NCBI GenBank assembly: GCA_965208155.1
Contig: OZ242322.1
Location: 100,305 to 164,304, forward strand
Source of the DNA: Thermodesulfobacteriota bacterium
Lineage (GTDB): Bacteria > Desulfobacterota_D > UBA1144 > Nemesobacterales > Nemesobacteraceae
Direction: 5' to 3'
DNA: 64,000 bases
Made by a program: the position numbers and the translations under genes. Positions 1 through 10,373 of this stretch are shown here, one piece after another. The notes under the pieces were generated by a model. That model worked only from the letters and a program-made list of their open reading frames with translations. It was not told the DNA's origin and made no database searches. How positions within the stretch are numbered: position 1 is the stretch's first letter; every line of letters begins with the position of its first letter.

Positions 1-993
1 AGTTTGCTGCAGATACCTTTTGGCATGGCAAGTGACAGGTTCGGAAGAAAGCCGGTAATAGTGCTGGGGCTTCTGATCTTTTGCATTGGAAGCGTTCTCT
101 GCGCTTTTGCAGATAACATCTGGGAGCTAATAATAACCAGGGCGATTCAGGGAAGCGGTGCGATAGGAGCAGTTGCCATAGCTATTCTCGGGGACTGCAC
201 AAGAAACGAGGTAAGGGCCCAGTCTTTTATGCTGACCGGGATAATAATCGGAGCAGCATTTATAGTTTCTCTTATAGTCGGTCCAGTACTGGCAGCAAAA
301 TTCGGTTTTGAAAGCCTTTTCTTCATCCTCGCAGCCATGGGATTAATGGCGGTGTTCGTTACTCTTTTCATGTTCCCCGAACTTCCAAAGAAAAAAACAA
401 GGAACAGAAAAGAAATTCTTCTCAAACTCAGGGAACCGGAGATGGGAAAAATTCTTTCCTCAACCTTCATAACATCCATCTGTCTTAACCTTATTCTGTT
501 CATCTATCCTCTGGACTGGAAAAATATCGGTACCGAACCCCAAGATCTGTGGTTCGTCTATCTGGTAATACTCGCCCCCAGTGCACTTCTGGCTAACGCC
601 TACATCAGGATCTCAGAAACAAGAAAAAAATTGGAACAGGCAACCAGGTTCGGACTTTTCTTTTTAATAGCCGCTTTTTTAATCTATCTGCTCCGGGCAT
701 CTGACAGTATCACGCTCTACCTCGCGGGGGCGGTGTTTTTTCTTGGATGCTCCATATTCCAGTCCATACTGCCCGCGTTTGTTACGCAAAGGGTCTCCTC
801 GGAGAACAGGGGCGTGCTCTCCGGTTTTTTTAATCTGGCAAACTTCATGGGTGCCTGCGTGGGTGGAATGTCCGCCGGTATACTTTATGAGACACACGAG
901 TCTTTACCCCTGATATTCGGACTTTTGTTCTTGATACTGTGGATCTTTGTCGGGCTTCCCAGACCGCCGCTTGAGCAATCAGAAAAAGAATGA
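1..993 (+). CDS. MFS transporter (YajR-like), 5'-truncated by window edge
   Basis: MFS motif A (GMASDRFGRKPV), many hydrophobic helices. Confidence 0.85.
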   Translation, partial: SLLQIPFGMASDRFGRKPVIVLGLLIFCIGSVLCAFADNIWELIITRAIQGSGAIGAVAIAILGDCTRNEVRAQSFMLTGIIIGAAFIVSLIVGPVLAAKFGFESLFFILAAMGLMAVFVTLFMFPELPKKKTRNRKEILLKLREPEMGKILSSTFITSICLNLILFIYPLDWKNIGTEPQDLWFVYLVILAPSALLANAYIRISETRKKLEQATRFGLFFLIAAFLIYLLRASDSITLYLAGAVFFLGCSIFQSILPAFVTQRVSSENRGVLSGFFNLANFMGACVGGMSAGILYETHESLPLIFGLLFLILWIFVGLPRPPLEQSEKE

Positions 994-1448
994 AGGTATA
1001 TACGCTCAAGAGGACAGAGCTCCTGCCGACTTCCATTGAAAAAGCCTGGGATTTTTTCTCCAACCCGAACAATCTTCCCAGGATAACTCCCCCGGAACTT
1101 AACCTGCGGATAACATCCGAGGCAGAAGAAAAAATATATCCCGGCATGATAATCACTTACACAGTAACTCCAATACCATTTGTCAAAACCAACTGGGCAA
1201 CAGAAATAACCCAGGTCGACCCGCTGCACTACTTCGTTGACGAGCAGCGCTTGGGACCCTATAAATTCTGGCACCACAAGCATTTTTTCACGGAGGCGGG
1301 GGAAGGAACTCAGGTCAAAGACCTTGTTCACTACTCCCTGCCGTTTGGCCCGATCGGAAGGCTGGCAAATCTGTTTTTAGTAAGCAAAAAACTGGATTTT
1401 ATATTCGATTACAGAAGCGCTCGTATTCGAAAAATATTTGAAAATTGA
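990..1448 (+). CDS. SRPBCC/START-like ligand-binding protein
   Basis: WDFFSNPNNLPRITPP...FVDEQRLGPYKFWHHKH family signature; ATGA overlap with the MFS gene. Confidence 0.8.
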   Translation: MKVYTLKRTELLPTSIEKAWDFFSNPNNLPRITPPELNLRITSEAEEKIYPGMIITYTVTPIPFVKTNWATEITQVDPLHYFVDEQRLGPYKFWHHKHFFTEAGEGTQVKDLVHYSLPFGPIGRLANLFLVSKKLDFIFDYRSARIRKIFEN

Positions 1449-1642
1449 GCCAGGAATATGGATTTTCTCTAACTCGGCGCGGCTTGAAGCATAATATAAC
1501 GCAGGGTATATTCTGAAGATAAGATTTGCGCGTAAAGAGGTTCAGAAACCGCTTGAGAAAGGCCATAACTTAGGACTCAAACCTGCTGTACGGTAAGTAT
1601 CGGCACGTGTTGCCAGCATTACAAGAGGTAAGGAAACAGTAG

Positions 1643-2464
1643 ATGTCCACGCATAACCCTTCAGACTCCGCAGAGCCAACCGTCAATGAAAGCCAGAGAA
1701 TAACCGTTACTGCGGTCCGGCAGATGGTTATTTCCACAACCATAATGGCGCTCGTGCTGGTTTCATTGACTCAAGCATTCGTTATGATGAGAAATTCTCA
1801 GCAAATGGCCGAAGCGGAGGAAAACAGATACGACTCATATCTTCTGGCCGATGAACTGCGCCAAAGCTCCGATGACCTCACACGCATGGTGCGTACTTAC
1901 TCCCAGACTGCCGACGAGCGTTATGTAGGCTATTTTGAAGAAATTCTCGATATCCGAAACGGAATTGCTCCCCGTCCCGAAAAATATCACAGCATATACT
2001 GGGACTACGTACTATCAACAGGAACACCCCCACGTCCAAGCGGCACCCCGGTGGCTCTTAAGACGCTTATGAAAAGATCAGGGTTCACCGATGCCGAACT
2101 TGACCTCCTGCAAACAGCCGAGAGTGAATCAAATGCCGTTGTCAATCTAGAGATTCAGGCAATGAACGCAATGGTCGGCCTCTACAAAGACGGTTCCGGC
2201 AATTACACAGTCAGGGGGAGACCGGACCCCGCGCTTGCGCGGCGACTGCTGTATAGCAAGGAATATCACCAAGCAAAAGAACGCGTTGTGTATCCTCTTG
2301 AGCAATTCTTTGACGCAGTAGACGAAAGAACAGCAAAAGAAGTCAAACGCTTTGAAAGACGAGAAGAAATATTGGTCTTCTCGCTAATAGGAACAACCAG
2401 CTTTGCAGGCCTGCTTTCCATAGTTTCTATTATAATGATGGCCGGTTCCGCAAGAAAGCTATAA
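1643..2464 (+). CDS. Membrane protein with chemoreceptor-like extracytoplasmic sensor domain and no cytoplasmic output
   Basis: TM - (LADELRQSSDDLTRMVRTY...IRNG..PRP..Y..IYWD) - TM then stop; GAGGTAAGGA RBS. Confidence 0.6.
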   Translation: MSTHNPSDSAEPTVNESQRITVTAVRQMVISTTIMALVLVSLTQAFVMMRNSQQMAEAEENRYDSYLLADELRQSSDDLTRMVRTYSQTADERYVGYFEEILDIRNGIAPRPEKYHSIYWDYVLSTGTPPRPSGTPVALKTLMKRSGFTDAELDLLQTAESESNAVVNLEIQAMNAMVGLYKDGSGNYTVRGRPDPALARRLLYSKEYHQAKERVVYPLEQFFDAVDERTAKEVKRFERREEILVFSLIGTTSFAGLLSIVSIIMMAGSARKL

Positions 2465-2594
2465 GTCCCAATGCTCACCCTTAACAGATCAGAAATAGTG
2501 GAGTTCATTCTTGATTGCGGCAGTTTCGGACTTTGGGAACCCGTTGGAAATTGAAAAAAGCCGCACTGCAAACTCTGGCTCTTGAGGAAAAACC

Positions 2595-3470
2595 GTGAAT
2601 TTTTCTGAATACAAGAACAAAAAAGATGCTCCTCTTATATCCTTTGAGGTCTTTCCTCCGAAAGACGACACCGAATTCGAAAAACTCAAAGATACTCTCG
2701 CGAAACTCGCCGGATTTTCGCCCGCCATAATAACGGTAACACATGGTGCCATGGGAAAGGGGCGTAAAAGAACGGTTGAAGTCGCTTCCTACATAAAAAA
2801 TGTTATCGGGACGGAGAGTGCCTGCCACTTGACCTGCATAGGATCCTCCGAAAAGGAAATAGATCTGATGCTTGAGCGGATTGAACAGGAGAAAATACGC
2901 AACATAGTGGCCCTCAGGGGAGACATTCCGAAGGAAGGTGGCGAGAAGCTGCTGTCCGAAGGAGCTTTTCAGCACGCAAACCAACTCGTGGAACATATAA
3001 AAAAATACGAAAAAGAAAAACCGCAGCGGTTTTCCATGGCAGTCGCCGGCTATCCGGAAAAACATATCGAAGCCCCGAGTCTTGAGGAAGACATATCCAA
3101 TCTCAAAAAAAAGGTCGACGCCGGAGCCGATATCATAATTACCCAGCTTTTTTTCGATAACCGTTATTATTTCGATTATGTCGACAGAGTAAGGGCAGCA
3201 GGAATAGACCTTCCCGTAATCCCGGGTCTTATGCCCGTGCTCTCATCGAAACAGGTGATAAGAATATCATCTCTTTGCGGAACGGAGATACCCGAAGCCC
3301 TGAGAAAGAAACTGGAAGATGCAGGAGACGATAACCGAAAAGCGGTGGAAGTGGGAATCGCACAGTGCAGAGATCAGGTAAGGGAACTTATCGCCGAAGG
3401 AGTACCTGGAATTCATTTCTATGTTCTTAACAGAACCTCCCACATAGAAAGGATTCTGGAATCCGTCTGA
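2595..3470 (+). CDS. metF: Methylenetetrahydrofolate reductase
   Basis: SFEVFPPK, ALRGD, AGYPEKH, ITQLFFD, GIHFYVLN motifs. Confidence 0.93.
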   Translation: MNFSEYKNKKDAPLISFEVFPPKDDTEFEKLKDTLAKLAGFSPAIITVTHGAMGKGRKRTVEVASYIKNVIGTESACHLTCIGSSEKEIDLMLERIEQEKIRNIVALRGDIPKEGGEKLLSEGAFQHANQLVEHIKKYEKEKPQRFSMAVAGYPEKHIEAPSLEEDISNLKKKVDAGADIIITQLFFDNRYYFDYVDRVRAAGIDLPVIPGLMPVLSSKQVIRISSLCGTEIPEALRKKLEDAGDDNRKAVEVGIAQCRDQVRELIAEGVPGIHFYVLNRTSHIERILESV

Positions 3471-4147
3471 TGCCTGAGACAAAGAAAATTTTCGATGAAG
3501 TGGCAAGTCACTACGACTGGCTAAACACATTGTTCAGCCTTGGAATTCACAAACTCTGGAGAAAAAAGCTCGCAGACGAATTGCATGACGCCGAGTACAA
3601 CCTGGACATAGCAACCGGAACGGCGGAAGTTGCGATTGAGATCGCAAAAAAACACCCCTCGACCAAAACGATCGGGATTGATCCCAGCATGAACATGCTG
3701 TGGATAGCGAAAAAGAAAATTGAAAATCTTGATTTAAAGGGGGAAATAACGCTTGTATCGGCCGCGGCAGAAAATCTCCCCTTCGCGGAAAAACAGTTTA
3801 ACTCTGCCACCATAGCATTCGGCATAAGAAACACAGTCGATTACAAACGTTCCCTAAAAGAGATAAGAAGGGTACTAAAAGAAGACGGAGAACTTCTCAT
3901 ACTTGAATTCGCGATTCCGAAAAATCCCGTTTTCAAACCCATATACATGTTTTACTTCAGAGTCTTGATGCCTCTTGTCGGAAGTGTTTACGGCAGGGGG
4001 AAAGAATACAGATATCTTGCTGAATCCGCCGCCGAGTTTCCTCAGAGAGAGAATTTCATACGCCATCTTGAAAACGCGGGGTTTCGGGATTGCCGATACT
4101 CAGAACTCACCATGGGAGTAGTAGCGCTCTACCGCGCAACCAGATAA
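3470..4147 (+). CDS. ubiE: Ubiquinone/menaquinone biosynthesis C-methyltransferase
   Basis: FDEVASHYDWLN..SLGIHKLWR, LDIATGT, IAFGIRN. Confidence 0.88.
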   Translation: MPETKKIFDEVASHYDWLNTLFSLGIHKLWRKKLADELHDAEYNLDIATGTAEVAIEIAKKHPSTKTIGIDPSMNMLWIAKKKIENLDLKGEITLVSAAAENLPFAEKQFNSATIAFGIRNTVDYKRSLKEIRRVLKEDGELLILEFAIPKNPVFKPIYMFYFRVLMPLVGSVYGRGKEYRYLAESAAEFPQRENFIRHLENAGFRDCRYSELTMGVVALYRATR

Positions 4148-4177
4148 TCAGGGACTATAGATTCTTTTTTCCGCGGA

Positions 4178-4822
4178 CTATGGGTAAAGCCTGTCTATAC
4201 TCCAGCCGCCATCCGGGGAGGGAATATATCTGAAACGATCGTGAAGGCGGTTCTTTCTTCCCTGCCAGAACTCAAAACGCACCGGACTCACTACGTACCC
4301 TCTCCAAAAATCGGGCCGCGTTATACTTTTTCCCTTCCACTCAGAGCGGAACTGGTCGTATTGCTCCTCAAGCAGTTGCCTGCTTGCAAGAACTTCGCTC
4401 TGCTTCGAGACCCACGCTCCTATACGACTTTCACGGGGTCTAGACACGAAGTATTCTTCAGCTTCCCGCTCGGGCAGAAGTGAGACTTCGCCATCTATTT
4501 TTACCTGCCTTTCAAATTCAGGCCACCAGAAACAAAGCGAAGCAACCGGATTCTCGGCTACATCTCGGCCCTTACGGCTAAGAGAATTTGAATAAAAGGA
4601 AAAACCCCTTTGGTCATACTCCTTGAGAAGCACCACTCTTGAGGACGGAAAGCCATCCGCTCCTACAGTGGAAAGAATAAAAGCGTTTGGAAAATCGATT
4701 TCCGCTTCGAGAATCTTCCTGTACCAGAGATCAAACTGAACAAACGGATCTTCGTCAAGATCTCTTCTCTCAAGTTTCAACTTCAGGTACTGGCGTGAAT
4801 GGAACTTATCTTTCTTCGACAT
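4178..4822 (-). CDS. pdxH: Pyridoxamine 5'-phosphate oxidase
   Basis: SRVVLLK, SRKG, EFWQGRKNRLHDRFRY...RLYP. Confidence 0.93.
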   Translation of the reverse strand: MSKKDKFHSRQYLKLKLERRDLDEDPFVQFDLWYRKILEAEIDFPNAFILSTVGADGFPSSRVVLLKEYDQRGFSFYSNSLSRKGRDVAENPVASLCFWWPEFERQVKIDGEVSLLPEREAEEYFVSRPRESRIGAWVSKQSEVLASRQLLEEQYDQFRSEWKGKSITRPDFWRGYVVSPVRFEFWQGRKNRLHDRFRYIPSPDGGWSIDRLYP

Positions 4823-4823
4823 T

Positions 4824-5738
4824 TTATCTCAGAATAACATTCTCAAGTGCGGAGCCCAGATCTTCGTGTAAGAATTCGTAACCGGAGGAAAGAAGTTTCT
4901 CAGGGAAAACCCTGCTGCCGGCAAGCATCGTGGAGCGCCCCATCTCTCCGAAGAAAAGACTTACGGCAAACGCAGGGACTGAAAACCATGCGGGTCTTCG
5001 CAGAACTGACGCAAGCGCAGCAGTAAACTGTCTGTTAGTAACCGGATTTGGAGATACCGCGTTAACGGGCCCGTTTACTTCTCCATGCTCCAGCAGATAA
5101 ATAATTATCCGCGAAAGGTCCTCTATCGATATCCAGCTCAGGTACTGACCGCCACTTCCAACAACTCCCCCAAGACCCATTTTAAAAAGAGGCAGCAAAG
5201 AACTCAGCATGCCTCCTTCGGGGCTCAGCACAACTCCCGTGCGCAGGTTTATGACCCTTATGCCGAGGTCCGAGGCCCTGTTGGCCTCATTCTCCCACTC
5301 GCGGCTAACATCGGGAAGAAACCCGGAGCCGACCGCAGAGTGCTCAGTAAGTCTTTCTTCTCCCCTGTCCCCATAGTAACCGATTGCCGAAGCACCAATA
5401 AGGGTTTTGGGAGGATGTTTAAGTCCAGAGAAGAGATTCACCAGGTAGCGGGTACTGTGCACCCTGCTCCGCCGTATCGAATTCTTTTTCTCTTCAGTCC
5501 ATCTGCAGACTATATTCTCCCCTGAAAGATGAACCGCGGCGTCAAAACCCTCAAGCAAAGACGGATCGTCGATATGACCCCCCTCTGGGTCCCAGAAAAT
5601 CAGATTCTCTCCTTCCGTCCGCGATCTTACAAGACGCCATACCTCATAGGGAATAGAATTAAGAAGATGGGTTCCCAGGGTTCCGGTCGATCCTGAAACA
5701 AGCACTCTCATTCTCCTAGCTGAGGCACCCGGACTCAC
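4824..5738 (-). CDS. TIGR01777/YfcH-family NAD-dependent epimerase
   Basis: VSGSTGTLG, ASAIGYYG, LRTGVVL, GGQYLSWI motifs. Confidence 0.88.
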   Translation of the reverse strand: MSPGASARRMRVLVSGSTGTLGTHLLNSIPYEVWRLVRSRTEGENLIFWDPEGGHIDDPSLLEGFDAAVHLSGENIVCRWTEEKKNSIRRSRVHSTRYLVNLFSGLKHPPKTLIGASAIGYYGDRGEERLTEHSAVGSGFLPDVSREWENEANRASDLGIRVINLRTGVVLSPEGGMLSSLLPLFKMGLGGVVGSGGQYLSWISIEDLSRIIIYLLEHGEVNGPVNAVSPNPVTNRQFTAALASVLRRPAWFSVPAFAVSLFFGEMGRSTMLAGSRVFPEKLLSSGYEFLHEDLGSALENVILR

Positions 5739-6748
5739 GAGGCAAAAGCCTCGATCAGTCGCTCCTGGTACTCCCTTACCTCCCTGAAATCAAGAAAATA
5801 ATGAGGGGCGCTGAGCACAGGAAGATCAACATACTTCCTGTACTCATCCACTCTCTCCCTGCAATGTTCCGCATCCCCTACAACAGCAAACGCTTCGACC
5901 ATCTCATCACTTACACCTTTTATCATCGCACGGACATCTTTTCTGCGAAAAGCATCCCTTATCCCTTTAACCTCACCGGTAAAACCATGAAGCCTGAAAG
6001 GAGGATCATAGGCTTTTACCGTAGCGTAAAAAGCTATGGTCGCCCGGGCAGCCTCTCTAGCCCTTTCCCAGTCATGCGAAACGGCGCAGGTAATAATCGA
6101 GCACTTCGTGAAATCCCCGCTTCCCCTATGTTTCTCAAGTGTCTGGGCAAGCGAAGGTGAAACTACCTTTTTTATATATTCAAGCGAACATACTACATGT
6201 CCCATATAACCGTCCGCGATTTCGGCAGCCGCACCAACCATGTTGCTTCCTATGCCGGCCACGAATATAGGTATATTCTTTCTGACGGGTTCAAAAGCTC
6301 TTTTGTAACCCCTTGTGTTTACGCGGTAGAACTGCCCTTCAAAAACAATCTCATTCCCCGTATGAGCCCTATACAGAATTTCCCTTATTAACCCAACGCA
6401 TTCCCTTATCCTCGCAACCGGCCTGTCTCCATAGAAAACACCGTGGAAATTCTCATTCGTTCTTTTCGCCCCGGTACCAAGACCCAGTATCAGCCTCCCT
6501 GAACTTATTTCGTCAAGATCAAGAGAAGTGATGGAAGTAACCAGAGGGCTTCTCACAAAGGCAAGAGCAACGGCGGTGCCGAGTTTTATTTTAGAAGTAA
6601 CGGGAGCAACAGCTGAGAGCTGCTGAAAAGGGGTCCTGTAAAGTTCTGTGGCCCAGACGGAATGAAAATTCGCTTTCTCAGCAGCAACAGCAAGATCCTT
6701 GAGTTCTTCGATTGATCTCGCATCAAGTATAAACCCGACTCTTTTCAT
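5735..6748 (-). CDS. LLM-class flavin-dependent oxidoreductase
   Basis: VWATE, IKLGTAV, LDEISSGRLILGLGTG, AAEIADG. Confidence 0.85.
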   Translation of the reverse strand: MKRVGFILDARSIEELKDLAVAAEKANFHSVWATELYRTPFQQLSAVAPVTSKIKLGTAVALAFVRSPLVTSITSLDLDEISSGRLILGLGTGAKRTNENFHGVFYGDRPVARIRECVGLIREILYRAHTGNEIVFEGQFYRVNTRGYKRAFEPVRKNIPIFVAGIGSNMVGAAAEIADGYMGHVVCSLEYIKKVVSPSLAQTLEKHRGSGDFTKCSIITCAVSHDWERAREAARATIAFYATVKAYDPPFRLHGFTGEVKGIRDAFRRKDVRAMIKGVSDEMVEAFAVVGDAEHCRERVDEYRKYVDLPVLSAPHYFLDFREVREYQERLIEAFAS

Positions 6749-6819
6749 CAGGTTTATTATAAATAATAGGGGACACGGAAAAAACCCATCCAGATCGTAA
6801 AGGGGGGAAGCAGAGGAAT

Positions 6820-7449
6820 TTAGTCCTCAGCTTTTTCGGAAGAATCAGCTTGCTCTTTGGTTTCTGAGGACTCAGCTTCGGTCATTTCTGCTTCGCCTGG
6901 AGCAGGCTCTTTCTTCGAAGACTTGGCCTCGATCCCCTCGGCTTCGCCCTGTTCATCCACCTCGCTCCCGGCAGCATCCTCTTGCTCAACCAGACCAAGT
7001 TCTTCTGCAGACTTCTTCTTCGAACTTTTCTTCTGCGCACTCTCGGTCTCGGTCTTGGGTTTTGCCTTCCGTCTTTTTCTCTTGGCCTTGTACTCCTCGG
7101 TCACGAGCTCAATAAGAGAAATAGGGGCATTGTCTCCCCTTCTGTAACCAAGCTTCACTATCCTGGTGTAGCCACCGGGACGCTCCATGTACCTCTGGGC
7201 AAGTTCGGAGAAAAGCTTTTCCACAACCGCACGGTCCTTTATATATCCCAGGGCCTTTCTTCTCGCGTGAAGACTACCGTTTTTGCCCAACGTCACGAGC
7301 TTCTCCACAACCCTTCTTATCTCTTTGGCCCTTGTGTCCGTTGTGTTTATCCTGCCGTTACGCAAAAGGTCCGTGGCCATGTTGCGGAACATGGCTTTTC
7401 TGTGCTTCGTAGTAACTCCCAGTTTTCTTCCCGATTTTCTGTGTCGCAT
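6820..7449 (-). CDS. rplQ: 50S ribosomal protein L17 with long charged C-terminal tail
   Basis: [11 protein letters not shown]...[10 protein letters not shown]. Confidence 0.96.
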   Translation of the reverse strand: MRHRKSGRKLGVTTKHRKAMFRNMATDLLRNGRINTTDTRAKEIRRVVEKLVTLGKNGSLHARRKALGYIKDRAVVEKLFSELAQRYMERPGGYTRIVKLGYRRGDNAPISLIELVTEEYKAKRKRRKAKPKTETESAQKKSSKKKSAEELGLVEQEDAAGSEVDEQGEAEGIEAKSSKKEPAPGEAEMTEAESSETKEQADSSEKAED

Positions 7450-7473
7450 CTTTCCAGCTTATACGGACCCCGG

Positions 7474-8499
7474 TTACTCTCCGGAACTCTCAGAACTCCG
7501 CCTCTCCTTTTCGTTTTCAAAGACCTCACTGTCTATAGCCATCCCGAGACTCAGACCCATTTCCCCAAGTCTGGAGTTCACTTCTTCAAGGGAAGTTTTT
7601 CCGAAATTCTCAAGATCAAGGAGCTGCTGTTCCGTCCTCTGAACCACTTCTCCAATGTATTTTATTTCCGCCTTCTTAAGACAGTTTATAGATCTTACCG
7701 AAAGTTCCACATCCTCTATGGGTATAAAAAGCTTGTCATCAGTCCCACTTATACCCATGGACTCTTCTTCTTCCACCTTGTCCGCGAGTTCCTCATCAAA
7801 ATCGATGAATACGCTTAACTGCTGCTTAATAATTTTTGCACTGTAAGCAAGCGCCTCTTCAGGGAGGATCGTACCGTTTGTCCATATTTCAATGGTCAGT
7901 TTCTGATAATCGGTCCTCTGCCCTACTCTGGCGTTGGTAACCGCGTAATTAACTTTTTTGACGGGCGAGAAAAACGCGTCAACATGTATCAGGCCTATTG
8001 ACTTCTCCGTCTCTCTTCTCGATACCGGCTCGTAACCGCTTCCCATCTTCACTGTCAGTTCCATTTCAAGCTTTGCGTCATCCCCCAGGGTCGCTATGTG
8101 CTGTTCGCCGTTAACCACTTCCACCATGTGTGTAGTAGTTATGTCTGACGCCTTGATTTCTCCAGCACCCTGCGCACTCAAAGTCACCGTCTGCGGTTCA
8201 TAGGTATGCATTTTAAGATCTACGTTTTTTAAGTTCAGTATGATCTCAGTAACATCTTCCATAATCCCCGGGATGGTAGAAAATTCGTGCCGTACCCCGT
8301 CTATTAAGACAGCGGTAATAGCAGGACCCTGTATTGAGGACAGGAGAACCCTTCTAAGCGCGTTACCAAGGGTAATACCGTAACCCGGTTCGAGAGGTTC
8401 GCAGATAAATTTGCCGTAGAAAGGAGTTGATACCTGCTCGTCTTTTTCAAGCGCTTTGGGGTATTGCAAATCTCTCCAGTTTTTCTGAAAATTCTCCAA
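7474..8499 (-). CDS. rpoA: RNA polymerase alpha subunit
   Basis: EPLEPGYGITLGNALRRVLLSS, ELSVRSINCL. Confidence 0.98.
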   Translation of the reverse strand: MENFQKNWRDLQYPKALEKDEQVSTPFYGKFICEPLEPGYGITLGNALRRVLLSSIQGPAITAVLIDGVRHEFSTIPGIMEDVTEIILNLKNVDLKMHTYEPQTVTLSAQGAGEIKASDITTTHMVEVVNGEQHIATLGDDAKLEMELTVKMGSGYEPVSRRETEKSIGLIHVDAFFSPVKKVNYAVTNARVGQRTDYQKLTIEIWTNGTILPEEALAYSAKIIKQQLSVFIDFDEELADKVEEEESMGISGTDDKLFIPIEDVELSVRSINCLKKAEIKYIGEVVQRTEQQLLDLENFGKTSLEEVNSRLGEMGLSLGMAIDSEVFENEKERRSSESSGE

Positions 8500-8529
8500 G
8501 TTTCACACCTCCGTCTGTGCCAAACCTTT

Positions 8530-9168
8530 CTAGACTCTTGAGTAAAATTCAACTATCAATTGTTCATCTATGGGAGCTGTCACGTCTTCTCTCTCGGGAA
8601 GCTTGGTTACAACCCCACTGTAATTTTCCCTGTCAAGCTCGAGCCACTGGGGGGCGCCCCTTCTCTCAAGACCTTCAAGAGACTGATTAACATGAGAGTT
8701 GCTTCTGGTTTTTTCCCTGATCTCTATTTTGTTTCCCTGCTCAACGCTGAAAGAGGGAATATTGACTCTTTTGCCGTCCACAAGAATATGTCCAAGCCAG
8801 ACCAGGTGTCTGGCCTCGTTGCGAGAACTCGCGAACCCGAGCCGATAGACCACATTGTCAAGCCTTCTCTCAAGAAGCAGTATGAGCATGGCGCCAGTCA
8901 CTCCGCTTCTTCTCGCCGCCTCGGCAAAATAACGGCTGAACTGTTTTTCGGTCAACCCGTAAATACGCTTGACCTTTTGTTTTTCCCTCAATCTTATTCC
9001 ATAGTCCGAGAACCTGGAACGGCCAATCGCGGCCCCGTGAACTCCAGGTCCGCGGTTAGGTCTTTTCTGTATGGCACATTTTGACGTATAACATCTGGCG
9101 CCCTTAAGAAAAAGCTGTTCGCCTTCTCTCCTGCAAAGCTTACAAGATGGTCCTCTATACCTAGCCAA
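8530..9168 (-). CDS. rpsD: 30S ribosomal protein S4
   Basis: MARYRGPSCKLCRREG, LERRLDNVVYRLG. Confidence 0.98.
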   Translation of the reverse strand: MARYRGPSCKLCRREGEQLFLKGARCYTSKCAIQKRPNRGPGVHGAAIGRSRFSDYGIRLREKQKVKRIYGLTEKQFSRYFAEAARRSGVTGAMLILLLERRLDNVVYRLGFASSRNEARHLVWLGHILVDGKRVNIPSFSVEQGNKIEIREKTRSNSHVNQSLEGLERRGAPQWLELDRENYSGVVTKLPEREDVTAPIDEQLIVEFYSRV

Positions 9169-9211
9169 TTACCTTATTCCTCCTCCAAACAACGTGAACA
9201 TAACCTCTTCC

Positions 9212-9595
9212 CTACACCCTTCTTCTTCCAGGGGGCCTGCAACCATTATGGGGAATCGGGGTGACATCCTTTATCATCATCACTTTCACCCCGGCGGCCT
9301 GAACGGCTCTTATAGCCGGCTCCCTTCCGGGACCTGGACCGCTTACGTAAACGTTAGCTGATTTCAGCCCGAAGGACTTTGCCTTTTTCGATGCGTCATC
9401 CGCCGCCACCTGGGCCGCAAACGGCGTCCCCTTCCTAGTGCCCTTAAATCCCCTGTTGCCGCCGCTTGACCAAGCTATGACGTTTCCATTCATATCGCTG
9501 ATCGTGACTATAGTGTTGTTAAAAGTAGCCTGTATGTTGACCACTCCATGTTCAACGAATTTCTTTGTTTTCTTCTTTGTGAATTTTCTGCTCAT
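9212..9595 (-). CDS. rpsK: 30S ribosomal protein S11
   Basis: [22 protein letters not shown]. Confidence 0.98.
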   Translation of the reverse strand: MSRKFTKKKTKKFVEHGVVNIQATFNNTIVTISDMNGNVIAWSSGGNRGFKGTRKGTPFAAQVAADDASKKAKSFGLKSANVYVSGPGPGREPAIRAVQAAGVKVMMIKDVTPIPHNGCRPPGRRRV

Positions 9596-9607
9596 TTGGA
9601 AAAACCC

Positions 9608-9988
9608 TTATTTACCGGCTTTCTTTTTCTTAGCTATCGCTGTACCCCTGCGACCCTTTCTTGTTCTTGCGTTCGACTTGGTTTTCTGCCCCCTCACCGG
9701 AAGTCCCGTCCTGTGCCTAATACCCCTGTAGCAACCTATCTCCACTAGGCGTTTTATGTTGAGCTGAACCTCCTTTCTCAGGTCTCCCTCAACGGTGTAC
9801 TCACCTTCAATTATCGTACGCAGTTTCGTTACTTCCTGATCGTCAAGATCCCCGGACTTCTTGTCTACATCTATACCGGCCTTAGTGAGTATAACGTTTG
9901 AAGTCGCCTTACCTATACCATAGATATACGTAAGACCTATTTCTACTCTTTTATTAAGTGGTATATCAACACCTGCTATTCTAGGCAT
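9608..9988 (-). CDS. rpsM: 30S ribosomal protein S13
   Basis: [26 protein letters not shown]. Confidence 0.98.
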   Translation of the reverse strand: MPRIAGVDIPLNKRVEIGLTYIYGIGKATSNVILTKAGIDVDKKSGDLDDQEVTKLRTIIEGEYTVEGDLRKEVQLNIKRLVEIGCYRGIRHRTGLPVRGQKTKSNARTRKGRRGTAIAKKKKAGK

Positions 9989-10009
9989 TAAAGCATATCC
10001 TCCTGAGCA

Positions 10010-10123
10010 CTATCCTTGTCTCTGCTTGTGCCTCTTGTTAACACAGATCACTCGCACTACCCCTTTGCGCCTGATGATCTTGCACTTGTCGCATATCTTT
10101 TTTACCGATGCCCTCGTTTTCAC
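10010..10123 (-). CDS. rpmJ: 50S ribosomal protein L36 (GTG start)
   Basis: [36 protein letters not shown]. Confidence 0.95.
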   Translation of the reverse strand: MKTRASVKKICDKCKIIRRKGVVRVICVNKRHKQRQG

Positions 10124-10142
10124 CTTGCGTTCGCCCCTGTCT

Positions 10143-10367
10143 TCACTTCTTGAGTCTGTAGGTGATTCTTCCCTTTGTAAGATCGTAGGGAGATATCTCA
10201 AGCTTTACCCTGTCTCCGGGAAGTATTCTTATGAATCTCGTTCTCATTTTACCGGAGACATAAGCCAGCACCTGGTGATTGTTCTCTATCTCGACCATGA
10301 ACATCGCATTGGGCAAAGCTTTTGTTATAGTTCCTTCAAACTCTATTTTTTCTTCTTTCTCCATCAC
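10143..10367 (-). CDS. infA: Translation initiation factor IF-1
   Basis: [31 protein letters not shown]. Confidence 0.97.
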   Translation of the reverse strand: MMEKEEKIEFEGTITKALPNAMFMVEIENNHQVLAYVSGKMRTRFIRILPGDRVKLEISPYDLTKGRITYRLKK

Positions 10368-10373
10368 CCGTTC

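Noticed and set aside
1450-2520. Weak direct repeat CAG(G/A)AATA(G)TGGA.TT flanking the orphan sensor gene
   Set aside because: Too short and gapped to support by eye
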